Positions 14,284 through 27,933 of a stretch of 64,000 nt of DNA are shown piece by piece; within the stretch, counting starts at the first letter, position 1; every line of letters starts with the position of its first letter. Location: assembly GCA_051294375.1 (NCBI GenBank), contig CM119265.1, positions 8,874,772-8,938,771 of the forward strand, written 5' to 3'. The notes below the pieces were generated by a model, which saw only the letters and a program-made list of their open reading frames with translations, did no database searches and was not told the DNA's origin. The translations under genes were made by a program, and so were the position numbers. This stretch comes from Paraspadella gotoi. Its lineage: Eukaryota > Animalia > Chaetognatha.

Positions 14284-14576
14284 AGAGAATAAAACGTTAA
14301 GAAATGAGGTACTAAAAGTTTCTGTCCCTCCTAAACTCGCACTAAAGTTGAAAAGAAAAATTGAAAGCAAATGTTGGGAAAGCGATGGTCAGATGGATGA
14401 GCGGTCGGATTTGCAGACATCGTTATGTGCGAAGTCAAAAATCAATTTAGTATTTAGTATATTTTAAGCGAAGAAACACTTTTTCAGACATTCGCGCTAG
14501 TTTTCATAATGATAAACGGACAGACGGACTTTGAAAAGTGAGAGTTGGACAGACGGACGCGTTGCACGAAATCCGA

Positions 14577-14669
14577 GATTCGACGAGAGAGATTCTCCCC
14601 CAGATGGACAGGTTTCTCTTCTTTCTTTCTTTTTTGCGTGCGTCGTGGAAAGACCCGGAGGAAAGAAGG

Positions 14670-14700
<31 letters not shown>

Positions 14701-14850
14701 NNNNNNNNNNNNNNNNNNNNNNNNNNNNATACGACTAGAGAGATTCTACCGAGTATGGACAGGTTTCTCTTCTTTTTTCTTTTTTGCTGTGCGTCGTGTA
14801 AAGACCCGGAGGAAAGAAGGAGGGAGGAGAGAGAGAGAGAGAGAGAGAGA
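14577..14850. repeat. Imperfect direct duplication across N-gap 14701-14728
   Basis: gagagattct...atggacaggtttctctt...aagacccggaggaaagaagg followed by (GA)n occurs on both sides of the gap. Confidence 0.85.
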
Positions 14851-15568
14851 AACTAGAGGGAGACAGAGAGAGATTGAGGTTGTTTTGGCGTGTTGAGCGA
14901 GTGAGAAAGAAAAGAAAAAAGGGCGATTATGATCGAAGAAAGGAAAAAAAGGAGAGAAAGATAAAAAAAGAGAATAGATAAGTTACTTAGAGAAAAAATA
15001 GGAAAAGAATTGAACTGCGCCATAAAAGGCTAAAATCGAGACTGGGGTTATTTGCAAAGTCCGTTGAGACAAAATCCCGAAGCCGGTCCGAAGGTAAGGA
15101 GCGCAATCGAGTTAAAAAAAAGTAAACGAATGAGATCAAGACTCTGGGACAAAGTAAGTTGAGAAATCAAATCGTTTGTGTGATGTTAAAAAGTAAGTGT
15201 AAGAATATCGATGGACAGGCAGGCAGAATCAGGCAGAATCAGCGCAAGAGTAGAAATCAGGCAACGAGATCGAGGGTGAGGGAAAGGCAAAGGTAAGGGA
15301 TAAGTCAAAAATAAGGGAGTACGTCGAGGGTGAGGTGCAGATAAGGTAAGGGCCGAAATTCTATCCGAAAAAGAGAAAGAAAAAAAATGATTCGCACGAA
15401 AAGAGTTTCGCCGATTTGAACCGAAATCATTCGGGTACAAGATCCGGGGCGAAGATAACGGAGACTCGATGCTGGGACGAAATTCGGGCGATTCCCTTTT
15501 TTTTAACTCTTTTTGTTACCAATAAATTGAAGGGGTTAATGAATGTTATTGTAAAAAAATTATGTTTA

Positions 15569-15570
15569 TT

Positions 15571-15642
<72 letters not shown>

Positions 15643-15788
15643 ATTTTCCTTTTCTGTTCATTTTTCTTCTTCCAGTCTTCATACATTTGTTTATTAAGTC
15701 AAACCAATTAATCATTCCACCATCAAGTAGGATCGTTTGGACGCAACAAGTTTCAGAGTTTTGACCACAATCTTATCCTTAAAAAACG

Positions 15789-15835
<47 letters not shown>
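15569..15835. repeat. (TTTC)n at 15569-15641 and (AATC)n at 15791-15835
   Basis: Directly visible. Confidence 0.95.
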
Positions 15836-15836
<1 letters not shown>

Positions 15837-15960
15837 CTCTTCTTAATCAATCGATCATCCAACTTTTTTCTCTCGGTTGCTGACACCAATCACTCATATC
15901 TATTTGTAGTCGGGCATTGCCTAGGTTCACCCCGCCTAGAAGCATGACATTTTCAGTTGT

Positions 15961-16197
15961 GACCCGTTGGCTCATTGAGTAAAGCCATCAGCTCAAGACC
16001 ACTAGGTACCGGGTTCAATCCCAACCCGGTACCTACCCTGCGGGAAGCTTGAGGACGTCATGGCAAACCCTCAAGCCTGTTTCCAAGCCCATGGCCTCGT
16101 TCCATGGCTGCTAGGGGGGGTTAAAAAAGTTACGGACAGTTATCTTCAGCCCACGTATCGTCTTATCCACATATTGAAACTAAATTAATTAATTAAA
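15961..16197 (+). mobile_element. tRNA-derived SINE-like element
   Basis: Pol III A-box-like TGGCTCATTGAG at 15968 and B-box GGTTCAATCCC at 16012-16022, with tRNA-like spacing but no canonical cloverleaf. Structured body and an (AATT)n-type tail near 16182-16197. Confidence 0.55.
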
Positions 16198-16239
16198 ACT
16201 ACATTCCCACAACCCTTTTTTCCCCTTTCTTTTAATATT

Positions 16240-17594
16240 TTTTTCTTCATCTCACATCTCTTTTTTTTCTCTTCAATTCTCTATTTCCTTTCCTTTCCTC
16301 CTTTCCTTTCCTTCCTTTCCTTTNNNNNNNNNNNNNNNNNNNNNNNNNATCAAGAAGAGATAGCTTTCCTTTCGCTTTCCTCCTTTCCTTTCCTTACCTT
16401 CCTTTGCCTCCTTTTCTCCTTCCTCACTCGGGCTGACCCGCGAGCCCAAGTTTCTTCCAGATCGTTTGATCTTCGTCATTATCTCTAATCCAACGCATGA
16501 CAATCCCGTCGATTCCTTTTTCTCGACTCTTCTCAGCTTTCTGCTTTTCTCTCTCTCGTGCTCATCTTCTTCTCTCTCTCTCATCTCTCGTCTCTCTCTC
16601 TCTCTCATCTCTCATTTCTGCTCTCACTTCTGCTCTCCATTTTTACCTTCTTTTTTTCCTCCTTCTGTCTTCTTCTTTTTTCTTTACATCCCGGCTTTTT
16701 TATTTCCTTTTCTCCAAAGTTTTAGTTCCAGTTAAAAAAAAAAAAAAGAATTTTTGGCTTCTCTCGCATTCCCGTGGTTTATTTTTCCATTTTCAATGAT
16801 CGTGTATCAAACGGCTCTCTCTCTCGTCATCTCTCTCCTCGTCTCTCTCTCTCTCTCTCTCATCTATCTCTCTATCTCTCTCCTCTCTCCATCTCCTCAT
16901 CAAAAAGTCTTCTGCTTCGCGTTTATAATTGGGCCTCATACCAGATTTAAATTCTCGCTCCTGCCATTGCCGAAGCGTCGGGCGTCGGTCAGGTCCTCGG
17001 CGCGGTGAAAATTTGTTAGCGCAGTGGGTTGGCTTTGACTTTGGCGTTGGCGTAAACTATGCCTAGACTTAGTAAATAATTGTCTTAGTGAACAGAACAC
17101 TGCTTTCGTTTTGTCGATTTTATCTTTTTTCACTTCAATCTGAAAAATATTCCCTACATATATAATACTATATAATAAACTATAATATATAATATATATA
17201 TATATATAATATATATATATTATAATTTCTGTGGTTTCATCGGGATGCAGTGTCAAACTAACGCTGTAATTGTCATCGTCGTCGTCGTCGTCGTCGTCAT
17301 TCCCTGTTTCTCGACTCCCGAATGTCTTTTTTATTGCTCAACTTTTCTTTTGATGTCGCCGCCATCACGAACTCACCTTTGGAAAGGCCGCCCGCCATTT
17401 TCCCGCCGCCGGTGCCGTCGTCGTTGTCGTTCGCTGGCGGGGTACATCATTATCGTCGTCGTCGTAAGCGGCGGCGGCAGCGGCGGCAGCGGCGGCGACG
17501 GCTGCAGCCGCTTAATGCCCCTTAAATAAAAGCCGCAAACGATATCCGAGAATTATCGGGTGGCTCTTTGCTCCGCGCGGGTTAAATGTGGCGG
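16240..17594 (+). repeat. Block A, copy 1 (direct copy at ~23910-25189)
   Basis: Colinear throughout and differs mostly by small indels. Both copies end in ctccgcgcgggttaaatgtggcgg. Confidence 0.9.
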
Positions 17595-20499
17595 CCTTAA
17601 AAATCTAAGAAAACTCCTCGCTGCAGCCTTCTGGGATTTCCTAAATACTGTTATATATAAGGAATAAAAAGACGGAATTTTGATGCAGTAAATTGTCCCC
17701 TTTTTAAACAATTTTTTACGTCAACGGGCAAAGAAAGTTTCCCTTGATATTTGTTTCATGTCATATCATTGTGATCAAGAGAGAATTACTCGTAAAAATT
17801 AAGTCCCATCTGCGGTATAAGCCAACACATTTGGAATCACCGTTCTTGTTTTTTAATTTCTTTTTCAAGATTAGGGATCGATTTTTCTTATCTATTAATC
17901 CCTCTTTCCTGCTTGTTGTATTTCTTTTAAACAATGGCTTCAGTCCGTGATAATGTAGTATGGATTATTATTCGTTCTCGATTTATATCATCGTGTATAT
18001 GTCAATCATATTTGCCGATGACAATTTAAATATGAGCAAACGCCGCTACGTAGATAACCATAATCTAAAATCTAGAGGGACAACTAAGCCGACATGATCA
18101 TTTGTAAACGCTGCACCACTCGATTCGATAACATTCTTCAGTTTGTTTGTATTGCTTCACGCAATCGTTATATAGGAAACCGTGATGCCAACTCCTCTTT
18201 GTTCATCACAACATTTCATTAGCGCCCACCAACGGCGCCCTCACTGCCGTATCTCGCTCGGCCGCCGCCGCCGCCCCGTCGCGCCCGACCGCGCTCGCCG
18301 CTTCCGTCTGTCCCCTTTGTTTTTGGCGTGCTTCATGTTTCCGTTCTAGCCTCCCATTCGCCTCCCCACTGACGAACGTGATGACGACGACGACAACGAC
18401 GACGCCGGCATCTCGAGTCATTTTCGGGTTCGAATTGGACGAGGACTCCGTTTCACTTTAAGCTGCGGAAGACAAGAAAAACAACATCAGCTCACCTGTC
18501 GAAACCAAACGCAAGTTAACCTTACCCTCGGAACCTTTCCGAATGTCACGACATTTGTGTCATTTGATCACAGAAGTGACTTCATGGCGTGTGAATTGGA
18601 TGCGGCGCTCGCACTTTTTCTCGATTACACCAGACCGCCCTGAAGATCTGCGACGGGAACTTTCCTATTCTATCTCAAGTCCACATCCCACATCCGAATC
18701 GCCCTACTTCCTATCCAATATCCACAATTTCCACAACCCCTTTCTATCCAAACCTCATCGCTCCCTCTCTTTCTCCCTTCCCCAACTTTGCCGGTTTGTT
18801 TTTCGTCGCTTTTCGTTTCCCGACCTCGGTTTTCCGGTCGCGGGTTCGCACGGCGGCAGCGGTTGACGCGCCGGACCGTGGCGGCCGACGCCTTAATCGT
18901 GGCAATTTCCGGCACGACGCTGAGGTTGGCGTTATTTCGTCTGTCCGCCCGTTTTGCGACGGTCGTCGGTCGTCCGTTGCTGTTTTTCCGTCGCTGTTTT
19001 TAGTTCGCCGCTTAGCTTTACGTCTGTCTTCCTTTCGTTGCGTCGTTGTTCTTGATCGGAAATGTCGACGGTTTTGATTGTCGCGTGCGTTGGTCGGTCG
19101 GCCAGGGCGAGGCGAACAGTACGCGCGCCGGGGGACGCAAAGCACGAAGCTGTTGACTCTCCTCTCTCTCTCTCGTCGCTCTCTCTCTCTCTCTCTCTCT
19201 CAATCTCTCTCATGATGTGTTTCATTTTCCCGATATTAGTTCTACCATTCATAGCTGAAATTAAAAAAATTATTAAAAAAATCGCTTAAATTATTATCGT
19301 TTCTGGACTCGTATATTAATATCTTTAAGTAAAGAAATACGTAATATTATTGCTTTTTTAAGTAATGTACAAGTAATTATTAATCCGGTACGTTTTTTTT
19401 AGAGATGGCAGAGAAGCGAGAGATGAGAGAGTCGATTAACAGCGCCCTCAACTTATGTATTTTATTTTAAAAGGTCCGCTGAATGCTAATGTATGATTAT
19501 GATAATTAATGAAATAATAAGATGTAATGAGGTCAAACTCTTTTCACGTGAATACTTGCATACGACTGGCCTTCTTTTTAGAACGTCTTCTGCCCACTTT
19601 TCTCGATATTGGATTAATATCATATACCGGGTCTTCGTTACTTAAGAATATAATTTCTTTTGATATTTTCCTCGCGCCGTGTGGTGTTGTTTTGACTGCT
19701 GAATTGGGGTTGACGTGAGAAACGCCGGTACGACTTACTTCGTTTCCCCCTGAACGAAGTTTTTCTCGTTTGTTGGCTACTTGAGGTTCATCTCAAACTC
19801 AGGTTACACACTTGCTGCATTTTTTCTGCAGATTTTTGGTGACACTAATCGCCGTTTACTGAAATAAAAGAGAGAGAGAGAGAGCATTGAGATGAGAGAG
19901 AGAGAGATGAGGAGAGAGAGAGCAGATGAGAGAGAGCGAGATGAATCAGATTCCAAGAAATGCAAGCAGTAGAGAAAAGTAAGGTTTCGAAGGGAGAGAA
20001 GATGTCATCGCAGAAGTTCGGAACGATTCCAGAAACTGAGAAGCGATTGCGATTAACAGCGATCCTCGACGAGAATGCGATAATGAAGGTTTTTAAGAGG
20101 CGCAAATAATATCATGTCTTCTATTTTTTTATTTACCACATTGTATTATAAAATTTTAGAATTTTTCTTATTTTTTAATTCAATGAAACAATATAAAGAG
20201 CTTTTTCAATACTTTGCTCGCCACGATCACAGTTGGCGCGTTCACAATCTCGTCAGATACTGAACAACAGTTCACGCGGGTATCATCGCTCAACAAACTT
20301 CCAACACGACAGAACGAGGATTTTTTCTCAAAGGAAATCTCTGCTCCTTTTATGTTAATGGTCCTTTTTCTCTCACCTCTTAATCCGAATTTCACAGGGA
20401 TCCCCACTGGACGTCTCACCTTTCCCACCCCGAGATCAGTTAACCCCGCCCCCCAACGATCTGTCCCTGGCAGAAGAAACGATATCCCCGCCGCAAACC
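17595..20499 (+). repeat. Block B, copy 1 (inverted copy at 25190-27779; exact partial copy at 21215-23232)
   Basis: 17595-19612 recurs at offset +3620 with identical ORF translations. 25190-27779 is the indel-divergent reverse complement. Confidence 0.95.
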
Positions 20500-20523
20500 N
20501 NNNNNNNNNNNNNNNNNNNNNNN

Positions 20524-20948
20524 NGTGGGAATCCCTTGTGAAATTCGGTAAGGGTGAGAGAAAAGACCTTAACATAAAAGGAGCAGAGATTTCCTTTGAG
20601 AAAATCTCGATTCTGTCGTGTTGGAGTTGTGACGTGATACCGTGACTGTTGTTCAGTACTGAGAGATTGTGAACGCCAACTGTGATCGTGCGAGAAGTAT
20701 TGAAAAGCTCTTTATATTGTTTCATTGATTAAAAAATAAGAAAATTCTAAAATTTTATAATACAATGTGGTAATAAAAAAATAGAAAGACTGATATTATT
20801 TGCGCCTCTTAAACCTTCATTATCATTCTCGTCGAGTCGCTGTTAATCGCATCGCTTCTCAGTTTCTGGAATCGTTCCGACTTCTGCGATGACATTTTCT
20901 CTCTTCGACCTTACCTTTTCTCTCTGCTTGCCATTTTTGGAATCTGAT

Positions 20949-21001
<53 letters not shown>

Positions 21002-21214
21002 CAGTAAAGGCGATTAGTGTCACCAAATCTGCAGAAAAATGCAGCAAGTGTGTAACTGAGTTGAGAGTGAACTCAGTACCACAACGAGAAACTTCGTTCG
21101 GGGGACGAAGTAAGTCGTCCCGTTTCTCACCTCACCCCAATTCACGTCAAAACACGGCGCGAGGAAAATATCAAAAGAAATTATATCTTAATAACGAGAC
21201 GGATATATATTAAT
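20524..21214 (-). repeat. Inverted copy of ~19613-20410 (fold-back around gap 20500-20523)
   Basis: For example aaggaaatctctgctccttttatgttaa (left arm) vs ttaacataaaaggagcagagatttcctt (right arm). Confidence 0.9.
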
Positions 21215-23232
21215 CCTTAAAAATCTAAGAAAACTCCTCGCTGCAGCCTTCTGGGATTTCCTAAATACTGTTATATATAAGGAATAAAAAGACGGAATTT
21301 TGATGCAGTAAATTGTCCCCTTTTTAAACAATTTTTTACGTCAACGGGCAAAGAAAGTTTCCCTTGATATTTGTTTCATGTCATATCATTGTGATCAAGA
21401 GAGAATTACTCGTAAAAATTAAGTCCCATCTGCGGTATAAGCCAACACATTTGGAATCACCGTTCTTGTTTTTTAATTTCTTTTTCAAGATTAGGGATCG
21501 ATTTTTCTTATCTATTAATCCCTCTTTCCTGCTTGTTGTATTTCTTTTAAACAATGGCTTCAGTCCGTGATAATGTAGTATGGATTATTATTCGTTCTCG
21601 ATTTATATCATCGTGTATATGTCAATCATATTTGCCGATGACAATTTAAATATGAGCAAACGCCGCTACGTAGATAACCATAATCTAAAATCTAGAGGGA
21701 CAACTAAGCCGACATGATCATTTGTAAACGCTGCACCACTCGATTCGATAACATTCTTCAGTTTGTTTGTATTGCTTCACGCAATCGTTATATAGGAAAC
21801 CGTGATGCCAACTCCTCTTTGTTCATCACAACATTTCATTAGCGCCCACCAACGGCGCCCTCACTGCCGTATCTCGCTCGGCCGCCGCCGCCGCCCCGTC
21901 GCGCCCGACCGCGCTCGCCGCTTCCGTCTGTCCCCTTTGTTTTTGGCGTGCTTCATGTTTCCGTTCTAGCCTCCCATTCGCCTCCCCACTGACGAACGTG
22001 ATGACGACGACGACAACGACGACGCCGGCATCTCGAGTCATTTTCGGGTTCGAATTGGACGAGGACTCCGTTTCACTTTAAGCTGCGGAAGACAAGAAAA
22101 ACAACATCAGCTCACCTGTCGAAACCAAACGCAAGTTAACCTTACCCTCGGAACCTTTCCGAATGTCACGACATTTGTGTCATTTGATCACAGAAGTGAC
22201 TTCATGGCGTGTGAATTGGATGCGGCGCTCGCACTTTTTCTCGATTACACCAGACCGCCCTGAAGATCTGCGACGGGAACTTTCCTATTCTATCTCAAGT
22301 CCACATCCCACATCCGAATCGCCCTACTTCCTATCCAATATCCACAATTTCCACAACCCCTTTCTATCCAAACCTCATCGCTCCCTCTCTTTCTCCCTTC
22401 CCCAACTTTGCCGGTTTGTTTTTCGTCGCTTTTCGTTTCCCGACCTCGGTTTTCCGGTCGCGGGTTCGCACGGCGGCAGCGGTTGACGCGCCGGACCGTG
22501 GCGGCCGACGCCTTAATCGTGGCAATTTCCGGCACGACGCTGAGGTTGGCGTTATTTCGTCTGTCCGCCCGTTTTGCGACGGTCGTCGGTCGTCCGTTGC
22601 TGTTTTTCCGTCGCTGTTTTTAGTTCGCCGCTTAGCTTTACGTCTGTCTTCCTTTCGTTGCGTCGTTGTTCTTGATCGGAAATGTCGACGGTTTTGATTG
22701 TCGCGTGCGTTGGTCGGTCGGCCAGGGCGAGGCGAACAGTACGCGCGCCGGGGGACGCAAAGCACGAAGCTGTTGACTCTCCTCTCTCTCTCTCGTCGCT
22801 CTCTCTCTCTCTCTCTCTCTCAATCTCTCTCATGATGTGTTTCATTTTCCCGATATTAGTTCTACCATTCATAGCTGAAATTAAAAAAATTATTAAAAAA
22901 ATCGCTTAAATTATTATCGTTTCTGGACTCGTATATTAATATCTTTAAGTAAAGAAATACGTAATATTATTGCTTTTTTAAGTAATGTACAAGTAATTAT
23001 TAATCCGGTACGTTTTTTTTAGAGATGGCAGAGAAGCGAGAGATGAGAGAGTCGATTAACAGCGCCCTCAACTTATGTATTTTATTTTAAAAGGTCCGCT
23101 GAATGCTAATGTATGATTATGATAATTAATGAAATAATAAGATGTAATGAGGTCAAACTCTTTTCACGTGAATACTTGCATACGACTGGCCTTCTTTTTA
23201 GAACGTCTTCTGCCCACTTTTCTCGATATTGG
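21215..23232 (+). repeat. Apparently identical duplicate of 17595-19612
   Basis: Line-by-line identity at offset 3620, ending at a 25-N gap. Confidence 0.95.
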
Positions 23233-23379
23233 NNNNNNNNNNNNNNNNNNNNNNNNNTCTCTCTCTCTCTCTCTCTCTCTCTAAAAAAAACGTACCGGTT
23301 ATAATTACTTGTACATTATTAAAAACATATTCGTTTCTTTACNNNNNNNNNNNNNNNNNNNNNNNNNCATTGTTGTTTA

Positions 23380-23745
23380 TTTACGATGAATGACTCATCT
23401 TCGTGTCCCCAATGAAGGACTATCATCGCGATCACATGAGGATTATATATCTCATATCAATGAAATGATTATCATCACATCAATTTATGGTGAAGAATGA
23501 CTCTATCATCGCATCCAAAAGTCATTTTTGATTTATCATGCACATCAGTTATTTTATTATATCTCGCATCATTATGGTTATCATCGCTATCAATATTTAG
23601 TTATTATCATCGCCATAATATTGGGTTACCATCGAAAGCTGGCTTCCGATTCCCTATTGCCTTTTAGATTTGTTCCCCTAAAAATTCTGATTGCGCTTTC
23701 GATTGGCGGGAAAAACTGTCCAGCCTCTCTTCTCTCTCTCTCTGC

Positions 23746-23797
<52 letters not shown>

Positions 23798-23885
23798 CTC
23801 ACTCAACACGCATTTTTTGTGTTTTATTTACGATTGGACATGAATGAACTATCATCGCATCAATGGAATGACTATCATCATTGGG
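23380..23885. repeat. Degenerate minisatellite, unit ~ATGAATGACTATCATCGCATCA, interrupted by a (CT)n-containing insert
   Basis: Recurring tatcatcgcatc-like cores at 23380-23620 and again at 23840-23880. Confidence 0.6.
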
Positions 23886-23909
23886 CTTGATCCTTATGCT
23901 TTTAAGATT

Positions 23910-26387
23910 TTTTCTTTTTCAATCTCACATCTCTCTTTTTTTTCTCTTCAATCTTTATTCTTCCCTATTCCTCCTTCCTTTCCTTACCTCCTTTGCCTCC
24001 TTTTCTTCCTCCTCGGGTGACCCGCAGCCCAAGTTTTCTTCCGGACGTTTGATCTTCGTCTTATCTTATCCAACGCATGACATCCGCTCGATTCCTTTTT
24101 TCGACTCTTCTCAGCTTTCCTGCTTTTCTCTCTTCTCTCTCTCTCGTCTCTCTCTCGTCTCTTTCTCTCTCTCTCTCTCTCTTCTCTCTCTCTTCTCTCT
24201 CTCTGCTCATCCATTTTTACCTTTCTTTTTTTTTTCCTCTCTTCTGTCTTCTTCTTTTTTCTTTCTCCGCGTTTTTTCTTTTTCTCAAGTTTTAGTTTCA
24301 GTTTTAAAAAAAAAGAATTTTGCTTCTCTCCATTCCGTGGATTTTTCCATTTTTCATATGCATCGGTGTATTCAACGGCTCTCTCTCTCTTCTCTCTCTC
24401 TCGCTCTCTCATCTCTCTCTTCATCTCTCGTCTCTCTCTACTCTCTCTCGTCTCATTCAAAAGTCTCTTCTGCTTCGCGTTTTTTATAATTGGCCTCATC
24501 AGATATTTAAATTTCCTTCCTCCATTGCGAAAGCGCGGGCGTCGCAGTCGTCGGCCGTACCGTGGTGGAATGGAAATTTGTCGCGTTGGCGTTGGGCTTT
24601 TGACTTTGGCGTGGCTGTTGGCCGTAAACTATGCTAGCTTAGTAAATAATTGTCTTAGCTAACAGAACATGCTTTCGTTTTTGATTTTATCTTTTTCCAC
24701 TTCATCTGAAAAATATTCCCCTACATTATATAAATCTATATAATAAAACATATAATATATAAATATTATATAATATATAATATATATATGATTTCTGTGG
24801 TTTCATCGGGATGCAGTGTCACAACTAACGCTGTAATGTCATTGTTCGTCGTCGTCGTCCGTCGTCGTCGTCATTCCCTGTTTCTCGACTCCCGAATGCT
24901 CTTTTTATTGGCTCAACCTTTTCTTTTTGATGTGCGCCGCAGCATCCACGAACTCACTGTTGAAAGGCGCGCCACCATTTTCCCGGCACCGCCGAGGTGC
25001 CGTCTTGTCGGTTGTCGTCGCTGGCGGGTGACATCATTATCGTCGTCGTCGTAAGCGGCGAGCGGCAGCGGCGGCAGCGCGCGGCGACGGCCTGCAGCCG
25101 CTTAAGCCCTTAAATAAAAGCCGAAAAACGATATCCGAGATTAATCAGGGTGGCTTCTTTGCTCCGCGCGGGTTAAATGTGGCGGTGGCGGGTTGCGGCG
25201 GGATTCGTTTTTCTCCAGGGAAGTCGTTGGGGGGGCGCGGGTTAATGATCTCGGGTGGGAAAGGTGAGACGTCAGTGGGAATCCCTTGTGAAATTCGGTA
25301 AGGGTGAGAGAAAAGAACCTTAACATAAAAGGAGCAGAGATTCCTTCTGAGAAAATCTCGATTCTGTCGTGTTGGATTTGTGAGGTGATACCGCTGAGAC
25401 TGTTGTTCGAGTACTGAGAGATTGTGAACGCCAACTGTGATCGTGCGGAAAGTATTGAAAAAGCTCTTTATATTGTTTCATGATTAAAAAATAAGAAAAT
25501 TCTAAAATTTTACTTATAATACAATGTGTAATAAAAAAAATAGAAAGACTGATATTATTTGCGCCTCTTAAACCTTCATATATCATTCTCGTCGAGTCGC
25601 TGTTAATCGCATCGCTTCTTCCATTGTTTCTGGAATCGTTCCGACTTCTGCGATGAACATTATTCTTCTTCGACCTTACTTTCTCTCTGCTTGCCATTTC
25701 TTGGGAATCTGATTCTCGCTCTCGCTCTCTCTCTCTCGTCTCTCTCTCTCTCATCTTCTCTCTCTCTCTCTGCTCTCTCTCCTCTCTTTTTTCAGTAAAA
25801 GGCGATTAGTGTCACCAAAATCTGCAGAAAAAATGCAGCAAGTGTGTAACTGAGTTTGAGAGTGAAACCTCAGTAGCCACCAAACGAGGAAACTTCGTTA
25901 ACGGGGTAACGAAAGTAAGTCGTACCCTTTTCTCACATCAACCCCAATTCACGTCAAAAACACACGGCGCGAGGAAAATATCAAAAGAAATTATATCTTT
26001 AATAACGAAGACGGATATGATATTAATAATATCGAGAAAAGTGCAGAAACGTTTAAAAGTAGCCAGTCGTTGCAGTTATTACGTGAAAAGTTTGACTCAT
26101 TAATTTTTATTTCATTAATTATCTATCATCATAGCATTCACGGAACCTAAAAATAAAAATACATAATTGTGAGCGCTGTTTAAGACTCTCTCATCTCTCT
26201 CTCTCCTCTCTAAAAAAAACGTACCGGTTAATAATTACTTGTACATTATTTAAAAACATATTCTGTTTCTTTACTTAAAGAATATTAATACGAGTCAGAA
26301 ACGATAATAATTTAGCGATTTTTGAATAATTTTTAATTTCAGCTATGAATGTAAGAACTAATATCGGGAAAATGAAACACATCATGA

Positions 26388-26420
<33 letters not shown>

Positions 26421-27178
26421 GAGAGAGTCACAGCTTCGTGCTTCGCCCGGCGCGCTTCTGTTTCGCGCCCCCTGGCGACGACAACGACGACATCAAAACC
26501 GTCGACTTCGAAGACAACGACCAACGAAAGGAAGACGACGTAACTAAGGCGAACTCAAACAACGACGAAAACAGCAACGACGACGACGTCGCAAACGGCG
26601 ACGACGAATGACCCAGCGTCGCCGGAAATTGCCACGATTATGGCGTCGGCCGCCGGTCCGGGCGTCACCCGTGCCGCCGTCGAAACCCGCGACCGGAAAC
26701 GAGGTCGGGAAACGAAAACGCGAAAAACAACCGGAAGTTGGGGAGGGAGAAAGAGAGGGAGATGAGGTTTGGATAGAAAGGGGTTGTGGAATTGTGGATA
26801 TTGGATAGGAATGGGGATTCGGATTGGGATGTGGATGAGGATAGAATAGGAAAGTTCCGTCCAAGATCTTAGCGTTGGTGTATCGAGAAAAAGTGCGCCG
26901 CTCAATTCACCGCCATGAAGTCAGCTTCTGTGATCAATGACACAATGTCGTGACATTCGGTAAAGGTTTTCCTGAGGGTAAGGTTACTTGCGTTGGTTTT
27001 CGACAGGTGAGTGATGTTGTTTTCTTCCGCAGCTTAAAGTGAACGGAGTCTCGTCAATCGACCGAAAATGACTCGAGATGCCGCGTCGTCGTTGTCGTCG
27101 TCGTCATCGTCGTCAGTGGGAGGCGAATGGCGCTAGAAACGGAAACATGAAGACGCCAAAACAAAGGGGACGACGGAA

Positions 27179-27221
<43 letters not shown>

Positions 27222-27779
27222 AGTAGGCAGTGAGGGCGTTGGTGGCGGTAATGAATGTTGTGAACAAGAGGAGTTGGCATCACGGTTTCTATAAACGATT
27301 GCGTGAAGCATACAAACAAACTGAAGAATGTTTCGAATCGAGTGTCAGCGTTTACAATGATATGTGGCTTAGTTGGTCTTGATTTCGATTATGTTATCGT
27401 ACGGCGTTTGCTCATTTAAATTGTCATCGCAAATATGATTGACATATACCCGATGATTTAATCGAGAACGAATAATAATCAAAACTACATTATCGACTAA
27501 AGCCATTGTTTAAATACACCAAGAGGAAAGAGGGATTAATATAAAAAATCCTAATCTTGAAAAAAAGAAATAAAAACAAGAACGGTGATTCCAATGTGTT
27601 GCTCCGCAGTGACTTAATTTTTACGTGTATTTCTCTTTGATCACATGATATGACATGACAAGAAACTTTCTTTGCCCGTGTATTTAGGACATTTACTGCA
27701 TCAAAATTCCGTCTTTTATTCCTTATATATAGTTTTAGGAAATCCCGAAGGCTGCACGAGGAGTTTCTTAGATTTTAAG
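23910..27779. repeat. Block A' (direct) joined to block B' (inverted)
   Basis: A' ends at 25189 and continues into the reverse complement of 20499->17596. Confidence 0.9.
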
Positions 27780-27898
27780 TTATTTTCTGTCTTAACAAAT
27801 GAGCATTTTTCACGTAAATGGGACAGACCTACGGACCAACCGACGGACCGACAGACCGACCGAAAAGTGACTTATAGTGTTGCGCGGCGCAACTAAAA
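27575..27898 (-). mobile_element. HINE / DINE-1-like non-autonomous Helentron element, complete copy
   Basis: Minus strand starts TTTTAGTTGCGCCGCGCAACACTATAAGTCACTTTTCGG, then a (GTCG/GTCY)n microsatellite. It ends CTGCGGAGCAACACATTGGAATCACCGTTCTTGTT (subterminal inverted repeat plus CTTGTT end). Homologous to 33726-33942. Confidence 0.7.
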
Positions 27899-27933
27899 AA
27901 AAATCGTCCCGAAAATTGAAAAGAAATTCTCAC

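Noticed and set aside
15961-16035. Functional tRNA gene or hammerhead ribozyme
   Set aside because: No acceptor/anticodon cloverleaf and no CUGAUGA/GAAA core. Treated as a SINE head.
23380-23885. CRISPR-like array
   Set aside because: Degenerate contiguous units, no unique constant-length spacers, no cas genes, eukaryotic context.
26909-27011. Kozak-like CACCGCCATG with downstream GT donors
   Set aside because: The ORF closes within a few codons in both copies of block B, and the copies disagree.
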